From Haplodiscus bocki (Eukaryota): a DNA stretch of 64,000 bases. Positions 11,320-23,000 of this stretch are shown in pieces. The stretch covers positions 16,864,001 through 16,928,000 of the forward strand of contig OZ296658.1 in the NCBI GenBank assembly GCA_965655095.1, given 5' to 3'. Under the pieces are notes generated by a model. It saw nothing but the letters and a program-made list of their open reading frames with translations. It did not search any database and had not been told where the DNA came from. A program made the position numbers and the translations under genes. Positions within the stretch are counted from its first letter, which is position 1. Each line of letters opens with the position of its first letter.

Positions 11320-12570
11320 GTTGCCCACGAAAGTAATATGGCTGAGATCTCTGACACGGCTAAGGAGGACGTATAGTTGTTGTTTGGCCCAAAACCTAAA
11401 CTTTCGGAAATCATTTATTTGAGTTGCAATCATCGGAACAGTATCACCCATCACTTTGTGAACAGTAAACGCCACGTACATTTTTAAAGGAAACTGCCAT
11501 CGCCGACAGACTGTGGAGGCGTTCAGCTTGGACAGGACAACCATTTGTTTCCTCAGTTTAACTTCTCGCCAATTGAATGAATTAACATTTGTAACTAGAG
11601 TAGATCTGAAAACTGGAGGAGCCACTTTAACTGTAATAGTGCCGCAGTATGTGTCAAAACTTTTAACAAAGCAAAGTTGTCCTTGCTGCAAATTTTCAGC
11701 CGGCAAATTACGGGTTGAGCGAACCACGGCACCTTCATGGACAAATAGTTGCTGGGGCTCCGTGCAAACACGATTCAAGAAAAGAGAAGCTGTCACGTTA
11801 GCTGGAACCCAATTTTGAGTTCCAGAGGGAGTCATTTCGTCAACGGCAATGAAAGTTGTCTTCGAAACATTGCCACTTTTTCGCACAGCCTCTATTCGTT
11901 CGTCAACTGCCTCCCGTTCAGCTAACCCAGTGCTAAGAGCTCGTAAACAATACATGGGAACTTCAGACCATGACCTCACAAAAATACAGTTCTGCTCAAT
12001 TATTGTTAACACTTCATTTCGGATAGTTTCGGTGGACGGATACTGGGCAATTAGGTCGAGGAGTCTTTGTCCGGCTATGTTGATCATTCGCACATACAAT
12101 TTTAGGTGATAAAAAGTAAAACACGTCAACACGGTGTTACTGCAGAGTAGGAAAGTACCGGAAGGAGGTGGTAACTGACGGAAATCTCCACTACAAACCA
12201 AAAACTTCCCGCCAAAAGGAAAACTGTTCCCACAAACACATTGCAAAACGGAATCCATGGAAGACCACAATTCGGACGAAACCATTGACACCTCTTCTAT
12301 GAAAATAACATGAATTCTTTGTAAATACTTGCATTTAACTGGATCCCTGCACAATTTTTCTAAAGCATATGAAGTCATCTGGGAAACCGATGCGTGATCA
12401 TTTACGGGAAACGGAATTTATGTGCAAACCACCAAAAATTGAAGCCCTTTCAGCCGCCAGACTGGTCACCACACAATTGAAACATTTTGCTAGGGCTGCA
12501 GCTATACAGTGAATCAGAACATGACTTTTACCGGTTCCAGGTGGCCCAACAATCACTTGGTGCTTCACAA
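11320..12570 (-). other. Pif1-family SF1B helicase domain
   Basis: Walker A GPPGTGKS, Walker B IFIEEVSM, FGGKFLVCSGDFRQLPP, QFPLKMYVAFTVHKVMGDT and QLYVLLSRV. Confidence 0.93.
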
Positions 12571-13919
12571 AAAATGAGGTACTTTTGTTAAATGTATTCG
12601 TTCTTTCCAGAATCAACTGCAGTATTCGACGTTGATCGGACACAGATTCAATTGTCTGAAGTGTTTCTTGGTATACTTGAGGCTGCCATTCCAAAGGACT
12701 GCTCAGTGAAGCCGACATGAATTCATTGAAGGAAGGGAAAGTAGTCGGGTTTTTCTCCAGTAAGGCTGCTACTAAGTTACTTTTCACTCTGTTGCTTTCT
12801 TCTAAAACTTGTTCCTCTGCTTTCTGGAAAATTGAGGACTCCAGAACATGGGGTAAATCTTTGCAAAAGGTTAGAAGATTGTTTTGAGTAGCCTCCTTCA
12901 GACAGTGATACGCCATTCCAACATGCCTGTCCAAGAGGGTTGATGAACCGGGGTAAAACCGCAGTTGCTCCAACAAAAAAAGCTTAGTCAATGAAACAAC
13001 TTCCTCATTGGTGGCTCCTTCAGGTGACGCAATCAAACCACTGTAGACGCAGGCGGACTTCAAGGACAAATCGGAAAACAAATCAATTTCAGTGGTAAAC
13101 TCACCAAAGGAGAGAAGATAATGAATGAGAATGTTTGATGTACTTTTAGGCACAATTATTGATAAAACAACTTGCACTAGTGGAAAACTCATATTCTCGT
13201 TTATGAAGTGGGACTTGTCTGGTATTAGTAAACATTCAAGTGCTTCCATTGCTTGCCGGACATAATGACTGTTGTTGCTTTGAAAATTCTCACATTAACT
13301 GATTAACGCTGTTAAATAATGCATGTTGACTGTAACTTTGAAACCAAAGTCGTCGATCCAAAACGAACAAAAAATATCTGATTTTATCATCGATTCAATG
13401 GACGCAGTTGGTGACACCTTGGTGCGGACAAACCAAGTGAAATATTTCTCTACAGTACGCAGCAACAAAAGTTCTGGAGGTCGTGCAGAAAAAGCTGTTA
13501 TTTTGTCATAAGACACAGAACTTTTCTCAGCATCAACAATGGTCCATTCTTGTGTCTGTGTGAAAAGTCTATGAGGAGGGAGCTCAAGGTACTTTCGCAA
13601 AAGAACTTGCTGACCATACAAAGGACCCTCCTTAGCAGGACGTACCATCCGTTCTTTCACAATACCAGCTCTTTTCTCTTTGGGAGTTGTCACTACGTGA
13701 ATGAAGTGAATGTTTAAACAAACATAAGGAAACTTCAGAAGCCACCACGCCAACTCTCTCAAGCTGATAGCTCTCCCAGTCAAAGTTTTACGCCTGTGGC
13801 AAGAGCTTTGGTTCTTTGACCAGCGAACTCCGCTTACTTTTTTCGTTTGACTGATCCTCAACGTTGTAGCCAAAAGTTGCATCAGTGGAACTACTGTAAG
13901 GGTTTACGGTACATCGTTC

Positions 13920-14760
13920 TTCTATCCCCGCAGCGTACTTGGCCAAATACCTTGCACTCATATAGACGTCACAAATTTGTAAATTTGTACTTGACCGAAC
14001 CAAAGCGAAAATTAGGGCGTTCGTTGGCGAAAAATGGGTACCTTTCTCTGACGGATAATGATGTTTACCACCATGTAGCTCATCAATGAGAAACAACTGA
14101 CCGGTCACGGAATCTTCAAACGCAACATTCAGTTTCCGTAGAATATCCCATGTCTCTTTGGATAAATTTTTCTCTACTTCCTTGTAGGAAAAAGCGACAC
14201 TGCTTGGATAAGCTGGAACTCTGCAAATTGACTTTTGTAATCTGTTCGATTTCTTGTGGCAACGCAATTTTGCTTTCATGCAATTATGACTTTGGTATTT
14301 TTGAATAAAGATCTGCAATTCTTCTTTCTCCTCCTGTGAAAGTTTTTCCGATCCCACTTCCGCGTTCAGATTACCTAAGAACGTTGATAAGCTACAACAA
14401 ACCCTCGATCGAACTTTTTCGCTGAAAAAATTTTCTGAAGTCCAGATAAGAAAATGGATATGTGGGAAGGCACTTGTTTTATCTTGAAACTCATAACGAT
14501 ACCACAACATCCGTACTCTGCCTAACGGACGTTCCGTAGAAGTTTCGATGTACTTCATCACGAGTCGGGAACTGCGTTCCCACGCTCGTAGCATTGTTAT
14601 CATTTCAGCTTGAACCGCAGAATTTCGAACCTCCGAGCTGGTTATTGTTTCAGGGTATTTCTCTTCCAGAGCTTGAAAAATCTTCCGTACCCCAGGATGA
14701 GTAGACTGACTGCAAGTGTAAATGAAAAAATAGGTTGCAGGTTCATCCTTCAGTGCAGCA
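13920..14760 (-). other. HUH/Y2 rolling-circle Rep domain
   Basis: Motif 1 YFFIYTC, motif 2 YEFQDKTSAFPHIHFLIW, motif 3 ARYLAKY with two tyrosines. Confidence 0.9.
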
Positions 14761-17700
14761 CTAAGTTCATTGACATTTTTTCGTGAATCACTCTGATCGA
14801 AGCGCATAGCTCCTTCTTTGACGCATTGGCCACTTACGTTTTTGTAAGAATCTTGTCCCCAGCCTCTGTTCAACACCAATCTAGTGTCTTTTCCGCGCAA
14901 ATCTAAATTAAAAACCGAATCAAAAGCGTACTGTATGCATCTGGGATCGGATGCCGTCAACAGAGATCCATCTTTGACTCTTGTACGCAGCATATCATCT
15001 AAGCTTGCGAAACCAACTCTGGCATTGCCATTCTTGTTGTTAAACAACGAAGCAGGTATAGCACCTGCGTAACTTCCGTCCTCATTCTGTTTCCAAAAAA
15101 TAGTTGGAAACATCATCGCCTCTGGTTGAATTAGTGGTACCGAATTACACGGCCTGGTAGCTGTAACATTTTCCAACAGTCTTTTGTGTCTTGCAGTCTT
15201 GTAAATGGGAGACCCTTTACTACGTTTCAGAAGGCCACACTGATCATTCAAAAGAATATGTAGAGGTAAATTGAAATTGGTGTCCGTCATTACAGGTTCC
15301 TTGACATAGCTTGGTTCCAGTGCAGCATCCGTTGCCTCCAGTAATGTCAATTCCAAAGAGTCCGTGTGTTCATTCAACAATCCTGCATCCATAAGGAAGT
15401 CACTTTGAGACGTTGACGATGAAGAGACAGAGTTGCTCCACACACCTCCATCTGAAAGATTTTCCTCGCTGACACTCCTGCCGTAACTACTGTCACCACT
15501 GATGCTTTTTGCAGCTTTGTCTCCATCGTTCTCAGACTTCGGCTCAGATTGGTTGTGACAGACCGAAGCGATGTCTTCCGAAGACGATGTCAACGGCAAC
15601 TTATCTGTTCGCCTCACATTCGGAACATCCGCAAGGTTGTCTTGCTGCATTACGTCTTTCCGACAAAGACAAGAGGTGCACTCGTTAACTGGACATCGGA
15701 GAAACGAAACACGACCACATTCACAGAAATAACCGCTTCCAGTAAAATCTCTGGTTAAAGGCAGCAAATGCTCCTCGCAATAAAACTTCCCTTGTCCAGT
15801 GAGTGTTCGGAAATAATCAGGTTTCAATTGTTTGGTGGTTTGCGTTTGCACAAGGTAATAAATTGCGACATCCCAATGACCTTGAGTGTGATGGTCGACG
15901 GCATCCAACGGTGAAAGGTTAACACGACTAGCAAACGGCCTCTTGTTCTCGTAAAGCCAAAATTTATCAAAAGAACCTCCATGCCTCACAAGCGATTTCC
16001 TGCTAATGTTATCTGTCAACGACGAAATGCACCTCAACTCGTAGTCTTTATCGTCAACAGTAATGGTTATGGGTGGGCAACTTTTGTTGCGCAAATTCTT
16101 TCCTGCTGTGCTGGTAACAATAACAGTTTGGGTCGAGCTTTGAAGTGAACTCTCAAAAGCAACAACCATTTTCGTCTTGTCCTTCAAGGGACAATGTGAA
16201 ACTTCATCTAAAGCTTATGTCAAAGTTTCCGCAAATATTATCGCGGGAAACTCACTTTGTGAATTGACTTCAAAAATTTTGGAAACTTCGGCCGTTAAAT
16301 TGACGCTACCAGTCCAATCCTTCCGACCAGAAAAAACATCAGGTTCCAAAAGTTTCAAAATGGGAGCAAGATTGGGAGTGGACATACAAGCTGACGACAA
16401 TTGATCGCAAAGAGGTGGAGAGATGCGAAGCGCTGTCTGTAAAAGAAACATCAGTTCAGAAGTTCTACAACTGATCTTAGGAGGAACGGCGCCAAAGAAA
16501 TTGTTACCATGGGCGAAAGCCAAGGATTTGAATTTAGCGCAAAGAGAGTTCTCCAGAGACACACCCAACGATGACATCAGAGATAAAGAGGACTTCAAAG
16601 AGACACTTGCTGTGGAGAGCAACGATCGCAGAGCTAATCCCTCGTTGGGACGAGACAAAGTCTGCTGTCGAATTTCTTCAGAACCAAGTTTTTGTAGTAA
16701 CACTTGTATATCTGCTCTGACAAAAGAACACTGCACCTCCGCTTTAACCAACAAATCCGACGTGCGAATCCAATTTCGCTTGGACGTTAATGATATACTG
16801 CTTATTCAAGAATAGTTACCAACAGCCTTGAGCAATTGGTATGTATGGCTGGAATATTAAGCCTTGACGTTTTTTTTGAGGCGCAAAGGTGGCATAATTA
16901 AAGCTTAAAGCTAACCTGTCTTTACAAGGCACGCTCAATCTTCCCAGTTGGGGATGTGTAGGTGGATGTAAAAACTGCAAGTTTGATCCATTGTGGTGAT
17001 CAGGACAAGTTCCAATAACAAGACCCTTGGAACAGTCAACGAAAGCAAAGGCGGAAATTTTGAATTTTTCCAGAACATTGAAGGGGTGCTCCAATCTGAT
17101 CTTATTCCACGAAAATGAGAGTTAAAAGACGACTCAAAGGACACAAAGCTTGGTATCAGTCCATTGATGAGATGATGAAACGGAATGAAGCCAGTTTCCT
17201 CAACGAAAGTGAAACAACCGAAGGGACATCGACAATTGGGATAGGCTTCTTGATCCAGTGCTTTTTCCAACCGTTCAGAAGATCCCGAATTAACATGAGC
17301 ATCAAAAATTGACCTTCTCTGTGTGGTGTCGGACACCAACGAAGGAACATTTTGTTCACGTATGGATGGATGTAAATGATCGAAACGATGCTTCCAACTT
17401 TGCTTTATCTCCGAAGGAATCATTGCATACAGAATTTTCACCTCATCATCCAAAAGTGAAGTGTCATGAATGAGGCTACTTAAAACGGTGGGCCAAGCGT
17501 CTTTCCAAGCGGCTGCGCTGCACTGAAAATATCGCAGACAAAATTGGCAAACTTTTTGACCAACACGACAATTGCGCCCAAATTTTTTTTTCCGCCCGCT
17601 AACATTTTCCAAAACAAAGAAAAACAATTCTCAATACTTCGTCGATCTTCGCAAACAATTGGCACATTCTAGGTCCCCAAAAATCTGTGAATCACTATGA

Positions 17701-17919
17701 GAAGTGGTGTCTGAAAAAGCAACAGCTTCACAGTAGTCTACTGTGACATCTGCTGAATCATTGTGTTGTGGTGAATTCTGTCGAAAATTGATCGTTGCAA
17801 AAAATGAGGGAATGAAGTTAGATAACGCTGGCAGCAGTGAAGTTTCCAAATGTGCAAACGAGCTCCGGTTGTGTTTTTCAACTTCATAATTACTGAAAAA
17901 TTGCCTTTTTGCAAAACTT

Positions 17920-18330
17920 GAAACCACGTCGAAATGATTTCCTGAAGTACTGTGACGAACAAAAATCGACGGAATATCCAAAGTGTTCCGGTCACCTTGA
18001 TACTCATAAACAAACCACGAAGAGGTCATACTGTGATAAACCACAACATCAACTTGAGCCAGCTGTGCAAATGTGAAAAGTTCAACGCACGTTCCAAATA
18101 CACCATCCGTACCCATGCGAGACACTTCCAAATAACTGTTGACATTCCGACAAGAAATTGCTCTGATACCTGGCCCTCCAGGAACGAAAGCTTCCAAAAA
18201 TTGGCTTTTTAAGCCCACGGAGGGTAAATGGTAGCAAATAGCAGCCCGTATGAAAGCATGGTTTGTTGCATGCGAACCGATAGCTACAGAAAGTGCAGAA
18301 AAAAGGCAATTTCCGTCTCCTGGAACATCA
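17920..18330 (-). other. OTU-family cysteine protease/deubiquitinase domain
   Basis: Reading upstream of the listed 17631-18218 ORF in the same frame gives VDVPGDGNCLFSALS, then FGTCVELFTFAQL and SGNHFDVV. Catalytic Cys and His are present. Confidence 0.88.
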
Positions 18331-19409
18331 ACACAACTTCCAGGACCAAATCTGACAACGGATGTTCATCAATCAAAGTCGTTGGGAGAAACAAACCTTG
18401 AAAAATGACTCCAAGCTCATTGCAAACATGCTGTAGACTATGCTGACTCCCAATGATTTTTGTACACCTCGGAATTACCGAATACAAATTTGCTTCCAAT
18501 ATTGGATCAGCAACTGATGACACCGGAGTTAATGTAACATTCGAAATATTCGCCAATTTTGGACTTTTCAAACACTTGCATTCCGCTTTCCTTTTGAAAC
18601 AACCGCACCACACACACTGCTCAGTCACATTGGGACGTCGCTTCTTCGTATCTGGGCCAAGGTTCAATTCCAATCCTCCACGAAAAAGAGCTGACACAAT
18701 AAGACGTCTAGTTAAGCTTGAATCGTTGCCACCACAGAATTGAAGTTGTCCTTGAAGGCAACACGCCGATTGACTACTGCGGCATTTTTGTTTCTCAATG
18801 GAGAAACCACCGAACAAAGATACCTTGCAATTATGTGTCTGAGATAACGTTTGCAAACTTTTGTCACTTGAGAAAATTGATGTTGAACACCAAAAAAACA
18901 AAAGCAATGTTAAACAACCGTGAAAATTAATTGAAATCTACAAAATAATCCAATTCAAAAATGGATTAGAACAACAAATCCAATGATCATCCGCAAATCG
19001 AAACAAGCGCTGGCGCTTCTGGGCTGCAAAATCAAAACAAAACTTCCCACATTTGAATGAACAATGTTAGTAATGTTTTTGAGAAAACAAAGTTTAATGG
19101 CATTTTTGGTATGTCATCTCACAGCCGTCAGCATCAGCGACTAAAATATACATCAGAAAAATAGGAAAAACGCAATAGCATTCGAATGCTCTGCCCTCAA
19201 AACCGACATTTAACCACGCATTGTCGGAAAAATAAAATATTGTCAGCACTCACAACATGTTTGGATAACTTTTGAATTCACCAATTTAATAAATGTGTCC
19301 GATCAACGAAACCTTCAGAAAAAAGTAGAGAAAAAAATTGTAAAAGCCCCTGCAACTTTGTTTAGCATATTCTAACCGAAAATCCGCCAAAAAATTTTTT
19401 TTGAAATGT

Positions 19410-19480
19410 CGTCATAACCGTCATTTTTTTCGTTATATCCGTCATTTTTTCGTCATTACCGTCATTTTTTCCGTCATTCT
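19410..19480. repeat. Phased (C)CGTCAT / T-tract mini-array near the right end of the autonomous element
   Basis: Seven CGTCAT-like copies in about 70 bp, period about 20-21 bp per pair, separated by T runs. Confidence 0.7.
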
Positions 19481-20026
19481 GAACAGATAATATTTTTCGT
19501 CGAGAAAAATTCTTTCAATTGGTGTAAGCTGTTCTGCTGTCCGGCAGCGCTAGATGTCAAAGTTGATACTCCGAAAAAGGAGAAATGACGGAATGACCAT
19601 TTCTTTCAAATTTTCTACTATTTTCATACGTCATATCTCCTCTTCTATGACGAGTTGACGGAAATTTTTTTGCATGCGGATAACCCAGAGTCAACATGCT
19701 CTACACAAAAAAAGTTGGCCCCATGCGTATGGTTATTTGTGGAGATTGGGCCAAAAAACCTCGGGAAGGGGCCGAAAATCACGATCATTCCGTCATAACT
19801 CCTCCCGCAATGAATCAATCATGACGGGACCTATGTCAAATATCTTAGAATTAAAAGTTATGGCCACGTGCAAAGTTTGAACAAAACCTAATGGTTGGAA
19901 CGCGAAATCGCCCTATATACCCTCCCCCACGGACGGATACTATTTGCTACGCACTATATTTTAACCTCGGCGAACGGGTCCCTTCCCGGCCTCGCAGATT
20001 GTTAGTCGGGTTCCACCCTGACCACC

Positions 20027-23000
20027 TAGACAACGGGTGCGCCCCCCTAAAATATAGGGCTTTAGTTGAGACGATCGGCGGGCGACAGCGCGCCAGCGGA
20101 CTTTCGAGTGTTGCACCGAAGTTCGACAAGCGTTTAACTCATTGAGCGTATGAAAAGTTTGCGTGCTCCCACTGAGAAAAAAATCCATTAGGTTGATAAA
20201 AATGGAATTTCTTGTTGCTATTATTTTTTGCTTTGCTAAAAAAACTGAATTCTGACGCTGTTGAAAGCCACACATGCAATCTAAACGCTCCATCCTGATC
20301 ATTTCATGCAATTGTTTCAGAACATTACGACAGTTCCCTGTTAAACACGTAAATATCATCAACACAAATTTTTCCGCATCTGAAATTTTATAAATCGGAT
20401 AAGTTTTCATGCGACATTGTAAGTGCACCGTAATGTTGTATTTCAAAGAACATGGAGCCTTTAAAAGAGAAAGTAGCAGGCCTTTCCCACAAAAGTTAAA
20501 CTTAGGGGCTGCTACAATTTCAAGAGGTGATGCATTGGAGAACAGCGTGAAATCAAACGTAAAATAAGGACGACCGCTAAAACCCATCGCAAAATTCACT
20601 TCATATCAACTCATCGTTTCACGTTTTCAGAGTGTGAATCAGTACCAAGCGATGTAGCAGCGAAAGGAAAACAAAACTATACAGAGTAGAGCGGGCAGCT
20701 TTTGTCGCGCGTTCTCACATTGGTTTGAAAACTCAGTAGGTAGATCAAAATATAATCTGTAGATGCTGTTATTTTGTGATTTTGCTTTTACAAAAGTGTA
20801 ATCCGACACGTTACAACGAAATACGCGCTTTCTGAAGCCCGTTCCTGATCAATTCATCCATTTTGTTTTCAGAACAATACTACAGTTCCCTGTTAAACAC
20901 GTAAACATCGTGAACATTTTTTTATGGATCTCAATTTTTACAATTCGGATAAACAATCATGGAACAAAGTGGAGAACACTTCGTGGTGTAGTTCAAAGGA
21001 CATGAAGCTATATATTGCGAATGTAGCAAGCTTTTTCCCCACAAGACAAAATTGGGAACTGCTATTTTTTCAGGTGGTGATGCATTGAAGAATAGCGTGA
21101 AAACCAACCTGAAAAATGAACGACCGCTAAGATACATCAGATAAACTTACTCATGTTAACAGAATGTTTAAAGTTTCACAGTGTAAATCATTAGCAAGCG
21201 ATGCAGCGGGGAAAGGAAAACAAGGCAATACGGAGTAGAGAGGGCAGCTTTTGTCGCTCTGGGCGACAAAAGCTGCATTAAAGCATTTAACTTAGTGAAA
21301 GAATTGCAAATAAAGCTGAAAAACTTTGTTTTCCATTCAATTATTTCTACACGTTTTTGATATTCTTAATAAATTCGATGACAAGTTTTTCCAGTCGTCA
21401 TCTTGTGACAAGCATCCAGGAATTATTCATCAACAATCCAGCAAAAAACAGCTTCTCCGCGAATCCATGTTTTATGAAAAACTTGAGACGTTGAATCGCA
21501 AAAAAATTTCTTTTTTGATTTCATAACAAGCGAACGCTAATTTGAAGGGCTAGGGTTTGGGAAGTTTATTAGCCTTTCTCAAAAGAAAGTCATTGTCTAC
21601 ATTAACACCAGCAGCATTTGTTCGAAAAGAACGCCGTCGCCTCAGTCGCGAAATCTGTACCTCTTGCACTGGTAAGAACTTATCAAAATCCTCATAACTG
21701 ATGGAAACACGTTAAGATCAGTTGCCTGATCTACAACTTTTCTGTGTATTCCTCTAATTGAATGAAATCAACAATTAGTGAGAGCCGTAATTGGAAAATT
21801 CAACCGAAGACATTGTTCGGCTGAATAAAAATACGCAAAAAATTTGAGTTTTAATCGATCGGAAAATCATCCCATTGCACTGACGCCGTGAAACAAAAAA
21901 GTTAACTGCCCGAAGAAATGGGTCCGAGCAAAATATAAGTTGCACTTGCATTGCCCATAAAAACAAGGAACGTTCGTTCCGTTTTTATAGTGCACAATTT
22001 GATTCAAAGTTTTATTCAATTACACGCAGGAAACTGAGCATTTATATATCTAACTTTTCCTTCACTGCTCAAAAAACTTTTCCGTGCCAAACGATTTCGG
22101 AAAAACGAATCTATACAGGTTTATGCGCAGAGGAGGCGATTCTGTTGCTCAGCCGTTCATCCGTTGCGGTTAAATTTTGAATGGATGAAGTTCAATGATT
22201 ACTTCTTTACTTTCATGAATTCATTGTGAGAACTGCATTTGACGATGACAATACCGCATAGCGTAAATTTAAGACATCTGTATTGATAGTGAACCACCAT
22301 GATTTTGTGGTAAACTGTCGTTTAGGGTGCAAAGACAATGTGAAGGAATAAAGAATTTTCAACAAGGTATGAGTAATTACGAAGGAAAATTTTGATTGTT
22401 CTTTTTTACTTGGTATATATCCATTGAAGGGGCCCAGTTTTTGAAACAAAAGAACGCCGTAAATGTGATCCGCAGCAATAAGGAACCCAATTATTATTTC
22501 CGCAAGAAATATTAGAATTTCACTTCTGCAATAACTTTTGACACGGCCATAAATGACCAAAGGGTGTTTCCGACTCTAAGAGTTCCCAATGTGTCCTGGG
22601 TACTGAGCTGAAAGTGTAATGTAGATTTAGTTGACGTCTGGGGGCTATTTTTTATCAGATCGTTCATGGAAAAAGAATGAAGGATTCCATCGACTGATTT
22701 TTCAAGCGACTGTCTAAACATAATCAAAGAAAAAAGATGGACTTTCTCAAATATTAGCTGCCATAAGAACAATAGAGCAATGCACTACTACATATAGATC
22801 TCCCAAAAGGTTTCAATTGCCAATGAAAAACTTCGAAAATGATAAGCTTTGATTTCGTCTTTTCAACAGACGGCCTCGTACCAAAATTCGCATTCACTAA
22901 TGAAAAACTCAGTCTTTTCCGAAAACAACGACAACAAGGCTACTTTTGGAGACAGATGATCTGGTTTTTAACAATTTGACACACGTGACACCCGATCATC

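Larger units (their letters stand above)
10766..18907 (-). pseudogene. Helitron-like RepHel polyprotein (about 2600-2700 aa): 2A-like motif, OTU protease, Cys-rich region, HUH Rep, Pif1 helicase, GIY-YIG nuclease
   Basis: Ten co-linear minus-strand ORF pieces. They are joined by in-frame stops (17631, about 16808, 16215, 13295) and frameshifts (about 18355, 17095, 16870, 13845, 12410, 10955). The start codon is uncertain. Confidence 0.9.
6712..20026 (-). mobile_element. Formerly autonomous Helitron-like element, 13.3 kb, with three minus-strand genes
   Basis: Contains the RepHel polyprotein pseudogene. Left end: GGCTTTAGT at 6744 and hairpin AAGAAAG-TATTT-CTTTCTT. Right end: core GGCCACGTGCAAAGTTTGA (19862), hairpin GTCGGG-TTCCA-CCCTGAC and CCACC, as in the non-autonomous units. 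Confidence 0.82.

Noticed and set aside
10766-18907. Programmed frameshifting, stop read-through or introns as the cause of the split RepHel ORFs
   Set aside because: About ten lesions of mixed type, some inside conserved domains and without intron-sized gaps. Decay (or assembly error) is simpler, and the neighbouring retrotransposons are similarly decayed.
20022-20031. Canonical Helitron 3' end (CTAG) on the minus strand at CACCTAGA junctions
   Set aside because: CTAG is not conserved (CTCG, CTTG, TAAG or CTGG at other junctions) and no 5'-TC start follows. CCACC is the conserved feature.
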